In this document: positions 40,671 through 53,050 of the stretch, piece by piece | Layout of the letters: the number at the start of each line of letters is the position of its first letter | How positions within the stretch are numbered: position 1 is the stretch's first letter | NCBI GenBank assembly: GCA_030390025.1 | Contig: CM059432.1 | Coordinates: 87,298,001 to 87,362,000 of the forward strand | Direction of reading: 5' to 3' | DNA length: 64,000 nt | Origin: Squalus acanthias | Lineage: Eukaryota | The notes under the pieces: generated by a model | What the model was told of the DNA's origin: nothing | The model's database searches: none | Seen by the model: the letters and a program-made list of their open reading frames with translations, nothing else | Program-made: the position numbers and the translations under genes

Positions 40671-41831
40671 ATGGGGGTGGCACTGATTGGGGGCGTCGTC
40701 CTGCTCCAGCTGAATCAGAGGACACAGAGACGCAGAGAGAGAGTGGCAATGATGGCCAGACGGAGGAGGGCCAACAGGCGTATGTACAGGAGAGCTTACC
40801 ATCCCAGGGTATATCGTGAACAGCTCTCCTACCTTCATATGTCTGAGGAGCTGTGTTTGCGAAGGCTGCGATTCAGCAAGGAGGTGGTCACTGAGCTCTG
40901 CCACCTGCTGCAGCCAGATCTGCAGCCTCAACTGAGGTCCAGGACGTCTCTGTCGGTGGCAGTGAAGGTCACAGTGGCTCTCAACTTCTACGCTACTGGC
41001 TCATTTCAAGCTGCTGCTGGGGACCTCGCCAATATCTCCCAGTTCGCGGTGCATTGCTGCATCCGGCAGGTCACAAATGCCCTCTTTAAAAGGAGACGAG
41101 AGTTCATCTCTTTCCCCATGACCCCAGACAAGCAGCGTGACCGCGCTCTGGGCTTTGCGAGGGTAGCGGGCTTCCCCATGGTGCAGGGCGCCATTGACTG
41201 CACGCATGTGGCTTTGCGTGCTCCGCATGAGAATGCCGAGGAATTCCGGAACAGAAAGGGGTTCCATTCCTTGAATGTTCAGTTGGTCTGTGACCACAGA
41301 CAGCTGATACTCGCTGTCAATGCCCACTATCCTGGCAGCTGCCACGATGCTTTTATCCTGCGCCAGACTACTGTGGCAGAACTTTTCGAGGCACCGCATC
41401 AGCCAGTTGGTTGGCTTCTCGGGGACAAGGGGTATGCATTGAGCACCTGGCTGATGACACCGCTCCGTACGCCCAACACCCCTGCTGAGCTGCGGTACAA
41501 TGAGAGCCATCAAGCTACCAGGAACATCATTGAGCGCACAATCGGCGTGCTGAAGCAACGGTTCCGCTGTCTCGACCATTCTGGAGGAGCCCTGCAGTAC
41601 TCGCCTGAGCGAGTATCCAACTTCGTAGTTGTGTGCTGCATGTTGCATAACATGGCAATCGTCAGGACCCAGCCAATGCCACCAGGCCTTGGAGCACCAC
41701 CAGAGGAGGAGGAGGAAGAGGAGGAAGAGGACGAGGAGGATGATCATCAGCAGCACCAAGGCGGGAGGGCGGCCCACAATGGTGAAACTGCAAGGGCCGT
41801 CCGTCAACGGCTAATAGCAAGCCGCTTCTAG
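40671..41831 (+). CDS. Harbinger DDE transposase (386 aa, intact)
   Basis: HTH region then GAIDCTH, NRKGFHSLNVQLVCD, PGSCHDAFIL, LLGDKGY, IERTIGVLKQRFRCL, CCMLHN; acidic tail; TATTTAAA upstream at about 40468. Confidence 0.92.
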   Translation: MGVALIGGVVLLQLNQRTQRRRERVAMMARRRRANRRMYRRAYHPRVYREQLSYLHMSEELCLRRLRFSKEVVTELCHLLQPDLQPQLRSRTSLSVAVKVTVALNFYATGSFQAAAGDLANISQFAVHCCIRQVTNALFKRRREFISFPMTPDKQRDRALGFARVAGFPMVQGAIDCTHVALRAPHENAEEFRNRKGFHSLNVQLVCDHRQLILAVNAHYPGSCHDAFILRQTTVAELFEAPHQPVGWLLGDKGYALSTWLMTPLRTPNTPAELRYNESHQATRNIIERTIGVLKQRFRCLDHSGGALQYSPERVSNFVVVCCMLHNMAIVRTQPMPPGLGAPPEEEEEEEEEDEEDDHQQHQGGRAAHNGETARAVRQRLIASRF

Positions 41832-42143
41832 GGCCCCTGCTGTGGAAATGGCTTCTGCCATTGCTAACAACATCAATGAACCCAGCACGCAACCCCTAAG
41901 CCGGCCAAGGCACCAATAATTCCAACCACCAACCATGTATATTTTGAATACAGAAACTTATTTATTTTACAAACTCTGTGTGTGTCAATTCCTCATGACA
42001 AACTCATAGAAATAAACACAAAAAAACAGTCAATAACATAACTGGTTCTCACAACCTGGAGATAATGTCCAAAACACTAAACAAAAGTTGGACCATGAAC
42101 CTCGACCTTTAATAAAAAAATGACCAGCATTTTGTCACACCTC

Positions 42144-43120
42144 CTACTTTTTGCCCTTCGATGGTGATCTCCTTCCCTTGCGCACTTCCCCCCTTCTAAC
42201 CCTACTGCTCCTCCGTAATGGGACCTCAGTGGCTGCAGCAAGGCTGGTGGAAGGCTGCTGCTCGTCAGACCCTGACACTGCAGATGCCCCTGAAGGACGG
42301 CCTCGACCAGTTCTGGGCCTGGAGGGCCCGGCTGCAGACTGCACCAACTCTGCATGGGCGGCAGCAGTCTGTCCTATAGGCGGTGGCAAGTGCAGTGGAG
42401 AAGTGACAGTGTTGGCAGCAGGAATGCTGTCATCGTGAGAGAGGACAGCAACTCCCTGCACGCCCGACACACTGGCACTCCCACGGGGCAGCACTGCAGC
42501 ATCCGGAGCAATCTGCTGGAGAACAGATTGCTGGCCTGCTGCGGCGCGGTGACAGCCCCGGGGACATGTGAACGAACCATCGAGGTTGGTAGCAGTCTGT
42601 GCTCGCGTGGCCTCAATCTGAGTCTGCATGAGAGCAGTCAGAGATGGGATCACGGCAGCCAGTGACTGAATTGCAGCACTAAGCGTTAGTGTGGCATCCG
42701 CCTGTGCTACAGCGAAGTGCTCCACACTCCTTGCCAGTGACTCAATGCATTCGGGCACCCTTCCCACTGCACCCATGAGCTCAGTGTGCATGCCCACCGC
42801 CTGGGTGTTCATTTCTGCGATCAGCCGCTCCTCCTCTGCGTCCATTGCAGTAGGAGTGTCTGGCATACTCTCCCTCTGGGGAGAAGGCCCCCGTTCTTCC
42901 CTACCCCCATGGCGTTGCTGCAGCCCGCTGGGTCCTGGAGCTTCACCCTCATCAGCCCCTTCCCCCCTGCTCCCCTCCAGGGAAGGCGTGTTCCCAGTGT
43001 GGGCATGGGCTTCCTCGGGAGAGGGTGGCACTGATGCTCCGGCTTCCTCTTCCTCCTCGGCTGCAGCTTCACTCCCAGTGGCAGCTTCAGGGCCCGTCTC
43101 CTCAGCTGGTGAATCACCAT
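42144..43120 (-). CDS. Harbinger Myb/SANT protein, exon 3 (spliced product 458 aa)
   Basis: Acceptor ctccctgctttcAG|; G+AT=Asp keeps frame into the 42144-43031 ORF. Acidic stretch, helical region and basic NLS-like C-terminus. 237+163+977=1377 nt. Confidence 0.8.
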
Positions 43121-43279
43121 CTGAAAGCAGGGAGGTACAAGAGTGGCTTTAGCGTGAGGACAGGGTGGCAGTAAGGGAGGAATAAGTGCAGCGAGTTAGC
43201 AAGTTGGATTGAAAGTGTCAAAGGCTGGTGTTGTGAGGGACAAGTGGAAGGACAGAGGACAAAAAGGTGATGACCTTAC

Positions 43280-43442
43280 CATTGCTGTCCAGAACGGGGT
43301 CGGCGTCTCCAGTGGCGACGGGACCGATCACCCGGCTTGCCACAATCCTGTGGACGCGCTCCTCAAGATTGCTGAGGGGTTGCAGCTGAGGCCGCCCTCC
43401 ACCTGTCCGTTGCTGCTGTCTCCGATTATGCGCCAGCTTGGC
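43280..43442 (-). CDS. Harbinger Myb/SANT protein, exon 2
   Basis: Acceptor ctttttcttacAG|; AKLAHNRRQQQRTGGG...; donor G|GTAAGG; 163 nt. Confidence 0.82.
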
Positions 43443-43726
43443 CTGTAAGAAAAAGGACAGCATCTGAGTAAATATACAGCCATGGTCTTGCCTGATGTGC
43501 CTCCCATAGGTGAATAGCCCTTACTGTATGCAGCCATGGTCTTGCCTGATGTGCCTCCCATAGGTGAATAGCCCTTACTGTATGCAAAGTGTGGAATGTG
43601 TGTGTGTGTTTCATGAAAGGGCCATAGGTGTTGGATGAGTGTTGTGCATTGGGGTTTTAAGACCCTCTGGCCATAGAGTGAGGTTGAGATGGAGGGATGG
43701 AGAGGTATTGAGAAAAAGCCACTCAC

Positions 43727-43963
43727 CCTGACGACCTGAGTGAGGTCGTTGAACTTTTTGCGGCATTGAGTATGGGTCCTGGGCACCATGCTCCTGGAGG
43801 AGACGCTCTGAGCCACCTCCCTCCACACTCTTCTGAACTCGCGTGGCAAAGGCCTCCTGCCACTCTCAGGGAAGAGTATACATCTTCTGCGCTCCACCGC
43901 GCCAACCAGAGCATCCAAGGCCCGCTCGGTGAAGCGATGAGCTCGTTCTCTCACCCTCTCCAT
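43727..43963 (-). CDS. Harbinger Myb/SANT (trihelix) DNA-binding protein, exon 1
   Basis: MERVRERAHRFT...WREVAQSV...RTHTQCRKKFNDL; donor AGG|GTGAGT; 237 nt, phase 0. Confidence 0.85.
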
Positions 43964-45375
43964 CCTTGGCAGCAAAATGGATTCACAGGTCTCTCCAGGC
44001 CGAGATTCAAGGCTGCAATGAGCAGGGTGTGGCTGGGGAGCAAGTTGGCCCCCCCTGCTTTAAGAAGTGGCCGGCGCCAGTGTGTCTGTGTTCCCTCGCT
44101 AACTGGCAGCAGCTGTGCTGCGCTCGCGCGCTGAGTTAGCGCCTCACTGCTCGGCCTTAGCGCCTTATGACAGGTGTGCAGTGCCTGATTTAGCGCTCCA
44201 CTCACCTCCCGGGGCGGTAAAAGTGAAGTTTCCAGTCAGTGGCGATAATTAGCGCCAGGCGCTAATATTTGCGTCCAGACGATATTTGCGCCCCAAATGG
44301 GGCGCGACCTAATTTTTCCCCCCTAATCTGTTGAAGTTGGGTTGAACAAATTTTCCTTGTTTTGAACTTTTGAATTACTATTTAGTAAGTAGCAGTGGCC
44401 TAGGTTTCCAGGTCTGATACATAGGAAATTCTTGTGTGAGGGAAGCCATCTATTAAACTTATTTAGCTTTCTTTGCCATTAAGAGTTCATGAAGAAACAG
44501 CACTGGTTAGTTATTTGGTCTGTAAGCACTAGTCAGTCTCCTGTGGTGTTGAACACAGGGAGTCAAGACCCGCTGCGGTCTTCAGCCTAAGCATGGTTAG
44601 AGGGCAAGGACCAGGGAAGAGGGAGGAAGCAGGTGGACAGGGAGAGGAAGGGGAGGGGTGAGGAAGGGAAAGCGGGAAGGAGGAAGACAAAGGAAGCATG
44701 AAGAAGGGGAAAGAGGTAAAAGGGGGAGGAAGAAGAGAAGGAAAGGATGAATTGCTCAGGAAAGTATCTCAGCAGGGGAGAACATAGGCCAGGAAACTGC
44801 TGGGGGGAGAGGGAGAAAGTAGGGAAACTCTGTAGGGCAGGAGTGGAGGAAGGTTAATTAACAGTAAGGAATTGAAAAACACAATTAGAGTGTTGTTTGG
44901 TGGGGGAGGGGTGTAAGATACCTTTGCCGTGTATACCTATATATGTCGGATTAATCTGATATGATTAATGTTTTTGGTTTCTTTTGACTGAATGAAATGG
45001 TTAAAGTTGTTCATTCCCAAGATGCTTTAGAGTTTGATGTGTCAAGGAACTGTTTTCGCTAATACTGTGGTTCAATTGTTTGCTGAAACACAGGATGTAA
45101 GATTCGTGACTTGTTTTTGTGGCCACTTAAGAGTTAGCCATGGTATGGAACAATGGTTAATAGGATAAAAACATGTGGCATCTGTTGTTTTCAAGGAAAT
45201 ATATCCTTTCGAGGAGTCTTGTTCAATGACGCCTGTTGATGATTGATTGTTACTGACATTTTTTTGTAAGAACCCCGCTATAAAGATTCCAAGCTTTTCT
45301 GTACAATTTGTGGAGAAAATCTGCATCAGAAAGAGTATGTTTTATTTCTCTGTATGTCTAATATTTAAAGATATT

Positions 45376-48300
45376 GGTCTAGAAATTGGATATGGCCACA
45401 AAACGGGCAGTGTTAAGGCCCAACAAAGTTAAGCCGCACCAGGTCAAAATGGTCCAGGTAGCACGCAAAATTTGTGCTCAGTCCTCATTAACATGATTAT
45501 GGTCTTGATCTCGACACTAAAACTGCTGCTCATTGGTTTACCACTCAACAAGTGGGCCAATATCGGGTCCAGTCTAATTCCCAGTCATGTTTGGCACAGG
45601 CTTTATTCAGTACTTAAAGGGGAGGTGCATTGATGCTACAGCATCTCATTGTCAATCCAGTTCCAACTTTATCTGGAAGCAGACAGCACTGGAAAAAGAT
45701 GGCTGAGCCTCAGCATAGGGAGAGAGCCTACAGATTCTCAGACACAACTCTTGAGGCAGTGGTGGTGGCCATGGAGATTCCATGATATTCCATGACAGAG
45801 GGATGGTATGATGAGGATGTGGTGAGCAACGGGGATTTGGGGTTTCATTCATGGGAATCAGAGTCTGATGAGATGTTCACGGACAGCCCGTCCAGAAGGG
45901 GGATTGGTTGCCTGCCTCCTCCCTTCCTTCTTGTCCTCTTCCTCCTCCTCTTGCTCATCTTCCTCTTCCTCCTCCAACTTCTCCTCTCCCTTGTCCTCCT
46001 CCTGAGGTGGTCCCGCAATCCCTGGTGGCAAGGGTTGCGCCCTCATGATGGCCAAGTTGTGGAGCATGCAGCAGACCACTATGAAATGGGACACCCGCTC
46101 CACCGAGTACTGGAGGGCTCCTCCTGAGCAGTCAAGGCAGCGGAACCAGTCCTTCAATAGCCCGATGATCTGCTCGATGATGTTCCTGGTGGAAGCATGG
46201 CTCTCACTATATGAGTGTTGGGGTTGTGGAAGGGAGTCATCAGCCAGGTGCAGAGCGGATAGCCCTTGTCTCCGAGCAGCCAATCTCGAGTTTCATGTGG
46301 TGGCTGAAAGATTGATGGCACACCGGACTGACGCAGGATGAAGGCATCATGGCTGCTGCCAGAATAGCGGGCATTGACCATCAGGAAGCGCTGGGCGTGG
46401 TCACACTGCAGCTAACATTAAGTGAGTGGTAGCCTTTGTGGTTACAGAACATCTCAGGATTGTTATGCGGCGCCCGCAAAACCATGTGTGTGCAGTCAAT
46501 GGCGCCCTGCACCATGGGGAAGCCACATGTGTGCTCATCCTGCTTCTCTCTGCTCAGAGAGATGAAAACGTAGTCCCTTCTCCTGGTGTAGAGAGCCTTA
46601 GTGACCTCCTGGAGGTAGCGATGGACGGCGAACTGTGTGATGTTAGCTATGCCTCCTGCTGCAGACTGGAAGGATCCACTGGCGAAGAAATTGAGGACCA
46701 CGGTGACCTTGACTGCCACTGGGAGAGCTGTGGTCGCCCTGCTCTCAGGCTGCAGGTCTGGTTGCAGGAGGTGGCAGAGTTCTGTGACCACATCCTTGGT
46801 GAAGCAGAGTCTCCTAATACACTGCTCCTCGCTTAAGTGGATATAATAGAATCATAGAAAAATTACGACACAGAAGGAGGCCATTCGGCCCATCGTGTCT
46901 GTGCTGGTTGGAAAAGAGCTACCCAGCCTAATCCCACCTTCCAGCACTAGGTCCGTAGCCCTGTAGGTTACGGCTCTTCAAGTGCACATCCAAGTAGTTT
47001 TTAAATGTGATGAGGGTTTCTGCCTCTACCACCCCTTCGGACAGTGAGTTCCAGACCCCCACCACCCTCTGGGTGACATTTTTTTTCCTCATCTCCCCTC
47101 TAATCCTTCTATCAACTACTTTAAATCTATGCCCCCTGGTTCTTGATCCCTCTGCTAAGGGAAATAGGTCCTTCCTATCCACTCTATCTAGGCCCCTCAT
47201 AATTTTATCCATCTCAATTAAATCAACCTCAACCTCCTCTGTTCCAAGGAAAACAACCCCAGCCTATTCAACCTTTCCTCATAGCTAAAGTTTTCCAGTC
47301 CTGGCAACATCCTCGTAAATCTCCTCTGCACCCACTCCAGTGCAATCACATCCTCCCTGTAATGTGGTGACCAGAACTGCACGCATACTCAAGCTGTGGC
47401 CTAACTAGTGTTGTATACAGTTCTAGCATAACTTCCCTGCTCTTATATTCTATGCCTCAGCTAATAAAGGAAAGCATTCCGTCTACCTTTTTAACTACTT
47501 TATCGACCTGTCCTGCTATCTTTAAGGATCTGTGGACATACACTCCAAGGTCCCTCTATTCCTCCACACCTCAGTATCCTCCCATATATTGTGTATTCCC
47601 TTGCCTTGTTGCCCCTCCCCAAATGCATTACCTCACACTTTTACGGATTGAATTCCATTTGTCACTTTTCTGCCCAACTGACCAGTTCATCGATATCTTC
47701 CTGCAGTCTAAAGCTTTCCTCCTCACTGTCACCCACACAGCCAATTTTTGTATCATCTGCAAATTTCTTTGCCCCCTACATTTAAGTCTAAATCATTAAT
47801 ATATACTACAAAAAGTAAGGGACCGAGTACTGGCCCCTGTGGAACCCCACTGAAACAGATTTCCAGTCGCAAAAATCCCCCTCAACCATTACCCTCTGCT
47901 TCCTGCCACTGAGCCAATTTTGGATCCATTTTGCCACTTTCCCATGGATCCCATGGGCTTTTACTTTTTTGATCAGCCTGCCATGTGGGATCTTGTCAAA
48001 AACCTTGCTAAAATCCATGTAGACTACATCAAATGCACTGCCCTCATCGACCCTCCTTGTTACCTCCTCAAAGAATTCAATCAAATTAGTCAGACCCTTA
48101 ACAAAACCATGCTGACTGTCCTTGATTAATCTGTGTCTTTCTAAATGAAGGTTTATACTGTCCCTCAGAATTGATTCCAGTAATTTGCCTACCACCGAGG
48201 TTAAACTAACTGGCCTGTAATTGCTCTGCTTATCCCTTCCCCCCTTTTTAAACAATGGTACAACGTTAGCAGTTCTCCAGTCCTCTGGCACCACTCCTCT

Positions 48301-49426
48301 GCAATTTCCTCCTTTGCTTCTTTTAATAGCCTCAGATATATTTAATCCAGCCCTCGCAATTTATCTACTTTCAAGGATGCTAAACCCCTTAATACTTCCT
48401 CTCTTATTATGTTTATCCCGTCCAATATTTCACTATCTTCCTCCTTAACTTCAACGTCGGCATCGCGCCCCTCTTTTGTGAAGACAGCTGCAAAGTATTC
48501 ACCTTCCCCACATCCTCCACCCCCACACATAGATCACCATTTTGGTCCCTGATAGGCCTGACTCTTTCCTTAGTTATCCTCTTGCTCTTTATGTAATTAT
48601 AAAAGACATTTGGGGTTTTCTTTGATTCTACTTGCCAGTATTTTTTCATGCCCTCTTTTTGCTTTCCTAATTTCCTTCTTAATTTCACCGCAACACTTTC
48701 TATACTCTTTTAGGCTTTCTGCAGTATTGAGCTCACGATATCTGATATAGGCTTCCCTTTTTTGCCTTATCTGAAGTCCTCTCGTAAGACCCCAGGTGGG
48801 TAAAGCCTTCTGTTATGAGCCCTCCTGGTCCTCCTCCTCCTCCCTCTGCACGCATCTACTCGTCTTCTTTGCTGCCTCCGCTCCTCTCGCTAAGATACCC
48901 GGGTGCGAGGGAACTACCAGTAGAGCCCCCATAAGTGTTGTGAGCAGAACCCTTTAAATAAGAATGAAGGCGTCTCCACTTGCCCCAACACTCCCTGTTA
49001 CCATAGAACCTTACAATAAGCTAATAAAACTGCTGGAGTTGCAGAAAGTTGCACAGAGCCAGTCATACTGAACAAACATGTCAGCTGCAAGTTGTTGCTG
49101 ATAATCCCTTTAAATACTGTTGCTGGAGCCTCCTTCCTGCTTGTCAATGCTTGCTCAGCTGGTCGCACGTAAGGCATGCCGGTAAGTGGAGCGACGAAGT
49201 TTAAACTTGCAGATCGGGCATCAAGTGGGTGTTGCACACTCACTGACGTCATGATCTGCATCATCTACATAATTTTGCCGAGCGCCGACATCGGCAGCGC
49301 AGCCGACCATCTGAAAATGGCGGTCGCTGCGGGACCTGCTGGCAGTGGGTGGAAAAGCAGCGGCCGCCATTTTTTTCCCCTGAATCTGGCGGTAACGGGT
49401 GGCACTAAACCCCAAATTTCTAGGCC
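45376..49426 (-). mobile_element. Second, decayed Harbinger element (transposase pseudogene, Myb gene lost), interrupted by CR1
   Basis: TIRs GGTCTAGAAATT / AATTTCTAGGCC with ATT TSD. Frameshifted transposase pieces at 45858-46845 (GAIDCTH, LLGDKGY, CCMLHN); the N-terminal part resumes at about 48771. Confidence 0.85.
46846..48770 (-). mobile_element. 5'-truncated CR1 LINE inserted in the Harbinger transposase
   Basis: PEDWRTANVVPLFKKG, NYRPVSL, DFSKVFD, TQRVVGVWNSL; TTCTATGATTCTA tail at about 46846-46860. Confidence 0.88.
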
Positions 49427-49582
49427 ATTGTGTGTATTTGGACCTAGTCTCATACAATAAAAGGATTTTTGCATTTGTAACCTGGAGTCAGGTATTGAAC
49501 TTGTTTCAGGGGATCTGCTTAGTGAGTGGGGAGGACAAGCAACAGCATTAAAGTAAGTAGTTAACAACCTTAACTACTTTTT

Positions 49583-49712
49583 TTGACGGAAGGGCATCAA
49601 CCTAAAACATTAACTCTGTTTCTCTCTCCACATATGCTGGCTGACCTGCTGAGTATTTCCGGCATTTTCTGTTTTTATTTCAGATTTCCAGCATCCGCAG
49701 CATTTTGCTTTA
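49583..49712 (+). mobile_element. Penelope-like 3' end with degenerate hammerhead
   Basis: Homologous to 37030-37120 and to 7650-7678 + 9394-9465; core boxes mutated. Confidence 0.65.
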
Positions 49713-50427
49713 GTTAAATACCTTAATTGTGTGTTGATTGCCTCTTAGGTGTGTGAATGTGAGAAGTGCTGCTGTACATTAAAATAGTGACTGCATTTTA
49801 AAAGTAACTCATTGGCTGTGAAGCACTTTGTGGCATCCTGAAGTTGTGAAAAGCACTATCTTTCTTTCCAAGTAGGCCCAGATTTTTTAACCAATTGTTT
49901 AGATTCACATTTCTTCATTCCTCTATAGGCCCAAATTTCTTCAGATTTGTACAGGAAATAAGGAATTATGGTGTTACTAATGTTAGCTTGCTTAACACTG
50001 AAATCCCTATCAGAGCACCACCTACAGGCATAACAGGAATTGTAAGTAAATGCAATGGGAAAATGCCATAATGGTCAGTTGACATAGGGTTTTCAATGCA
50101 TTTGAAAATGGAATATTTTAATCCACCAACCATTTTTAACTTATAGTAGATATGGGAAGGAATTCATAAATTGTTTCCAGTACTGTTACGAACACTAACA
50201 CTAACAAGGTTTCCGCCAATCTTCCGCCAAAGTTAGTTATCAATTGGGAGAACCCCCGTGAAAATTCCAGGCACGAGTGTCTTGGTCACCTTGACAGCGA
50301 TTAGCAGTTGCATTCCTTTCTTTGAGGTTGTCTGGAAGCTTAATTTTCCTGTACATTCACATACTGCCTAACACTTAAAACAATACTTCAATTAAACTTG
50401 TATACTATATCTAGATCTCATACTGTA

Positions 50428-51570
50428 ACAACAACAACAACACCTTGTATTTATATAGCACCTTTAACGTAGTAAAACGTCCCAAGGCGGTTCACAGGAG
50501 TATTATAAGACAAAAAATTTGACACCGAGCCACATAAGGAGAAATTAGGGCAGGTGACCAAAAGCTTGGTCAAAGAGGTAGGTTTTAAGGAGCATCTTAA
50601 AGGAGGAAAGAGAGGTAGCGAGGTGGAGAGGTTCAGGCAGGGAATTCCAGAGCTTCGGGCCTAGGCAACAGAAGACACGGCCACCAATGGTTGAGCGATT
50701 ATAATCAGGGATGCTCAGGAGGGAAGAATTAGAGGAGCGCAGATATCTCGGGGGGTTATGGGGCTGGGGGAGATTACAGAGATAGGGAGGGGTGAGGCCA
50801 TGGAGGGATTTGAAAACAAGGATGTGAATTTTGAAATCGAGGTGTTGCTTAACCGGGAGCCAATGTAGGTCAGCGAGCACAGGGGTGATGGGTGAATGGG
50901 ACTTGGTGCAAGTTAGGACACAGGCAGCTGAGTTTTGGATGACCTCAAGTTTACGTAGGGTAGAATGTGGGAGGCCAGCCAGGAGTGCGTTGGAATAGTC
51001 AAGTCTAGAGGTAACAAAGGCATGGGTGAGGGTTTCAGCAGCAGATGAGCTGAGGCAAGGGCGAGACGGGTGATGTTACGGAGGTGGAAATAGGTGGTCT
51101 TAGTTATGCCGCGGTTATGTGGTCGGAAGCTCATTTCAGGGTCAAATATGACACCAAGGTTGCGAACAGTGTGGTTCAGCCTCAGACAGATGTTAGGGAG
51201 AGGGATGGAGTCAGTGGCTAGGGATTGGAGTTTGTGGCGGGGACTGTAAACAATGGCTTCGGTCTTCCCAATATTTAATTGGAGAAAATTTCTTCCCTTC
51301 CAGTACTTGACGCCGGACATTTTAGAGACCGTGGAGGGGTCGAGAGAAGTGGTGGTGAGGTAGAGCTGGGTGTCATCAGCATACATGTGGAAACTGACGC
51401 TGTATTTTCGGATGATGTCGCCAAGGGGCAGCATGTAGATGAGAAATAGGAGGGGACCAAGGATAGATCCTTGGGGGATACCAGAGGTAACGATGCGGGA
51501 GTGGAAAGAGAAGCTGTTGCAGGTGATTCTCTAGTTACGATTAAATAGATAAGAATGGAACCAGGTGAAT
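50428..51570 (-). mobile_element. L2 LINE 3' fragment
   Basis: [38 protein letters not shown]; (GTT)n tail. Confidence 0.9.
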
Positions 51571-52214
51571 AACCTGAATAACTTTATCAAATTCCTTACT
51601 ACAGTTTGTAAATTTTCACTTCATTGCATATCATTGTCAGAAGTTAACACTTTTAGGTATAGATCATGGCTGTTGTTTGTAACACTGGTAATGTGGACTG
51701 TTAAGCTATGATTCATATTTTTATGCAATGTTCAACATGAGCATCACCTGATGTCAGCCTTACCTCACTTCTCCCCTCACCTCCTGGATTTCCAGAAGAT
51801 TATCGTGTCTGCAAGCTCCATAACTTCATCCTGAAAGGAGACTGCAGCATACAGCTGTCGAGCCCAAGACCAGACACTGATGAATTTCTATCCCATTCAT
51901 CTTCGCCAGTCGTGTGCCAACTCTATTCCAGTAACCAGGGCAGGTCTCAGGATAGCTCCAGGAACAAGAGATACCCTCTGCTTCCCTGGCTGATGACATC
52001 TCTGTAGAGAGCCAGCAACAAGGCAGAGCCAAAGTAGCCAAGGATAAGGACTTGATCACTGCTTTGTTCCTGAGTTGTGTTCGCCAGAATAACATCATAT
52101 GAGAAACTACTACTTGATTCCTGGTAAAACTGTTGTGTCTAAATGTCAAATAAAATTATTTAGAGTTAGTAAAATAATTACAGCATGTTGCTTGGTCCTT
52201 GACCTTTTCTACCC

Positions 52215-53050
52215 TAAGAGAGAATCCTACACCACATTTAGTTTACTGCATCCAGTTTTGATCTCCTCATATGGTGGGTGATAAAGAGATATGGAAAAGG
52301 TTCAGAGGAGGGCCAAACGAATGATTCCCAGCTTAAACAAATATAGATAATCAGAGAGGCTTAAAAAGCTGGGTCTGTTCACTTTAGAGATGCGTGACCT
52401 TCACCACCTAGAAGAACAAGGGCAGCAGGTGCACGGGAACACTATCACCTCCATGTTCTCCATCAAGTCTCACACCATCCCAACTTGGACATATATTGCT
52501 GTTCCTTCATCATCGCAGGGTCAAAATCCTGGAACTCCCTGCCTAACAGCATTGTAGGAGTACCTACACTACACAGACTGCAGTGCTTTAAGAAGGTGGC
52601 CCACCACCATCTTCTCAAGGGTAACTAGGGATGCTTCCCTTGCCAGCAATGCCCATATCCTGAGAATGCATATAAAAAGACTTTGGGGTGATTTCATAGA
52701 GGTATATAAAATAGTTAAAGGACTAGCTTGTGTTCCTATTGATGTATTATTGAGGAAGAACAGAGGTCACGAGTATCATTTACTCAAGAGTAGGGCTAAG
52801 TTAGAATTTAGGCAGTTCTTCTTTTCCCTGAGGATACAAGTTGCCGGGTTGTGCGGTGAGTTTTGACTCTCTTCAAACATTCAGAAGAGAGCTGGACCAG
52901 TTCCTGCCTGTGGTGGAGATCACAACTTATAATAGGTAGGTGAAATATCAGATAAGATAAGCAAGCTCAATGTGGTCTCCTGGACTAGTTTCTGGCTACC
53001 TAAGAGGGTCAGAGAGAAATTATCCAGATTTGTTTTTCTCTAATTGGCTT
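52215..53050 (+). mobile_element. Decayed CR1 3' fragment containing a 3' tail (about 52397-52668) of the 9768-11460 LINE family
   Basis: EKVQRRA.RMIP and GLFTLE..|..RLWGDFIEVYKI are separated by sequence homologous to 9775-10045. Confidence 0.7.

Larger units (their letters stand above)
40160..44322. mobile_element. Complete autonomous-type PIF/Harbinger DNA transposon (4163 bp)
   Basis: TIRs GGGGTAAAAATT / AATTTTTCCCCC (11/12 match), CTA TSD at 40157-40159 and 44323-44325, GC-rich GCGCC subterminal repeats, two convergent intact genes. Confidence 0.93.

Noticed and set aside
41001..41807. Long antisense ORFs over the transposase (and similar ones over the Gypsy pol and CR1 ORFs)
   Set aside because: Shadow ORFs expected opposite GC-rich coding sequence; no recognisable motifs.
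40671..43963. Host genes HARBI1 / NAIF1
   Set aside because: Both ORFs lie between TIRs with a TSD and a related decayed copy sits nearby, so they are transposon genes rather than the domesticated single-copy genes.
48871..48890. 20-nt identity (GCTGCCTCCGCTCCTCTCGC) between the decayed Harbinger and the CR1 5' repeat
   Set aside because: Low-complexity sequence within an Arg/Glu-rich coding remnant; no further homology.
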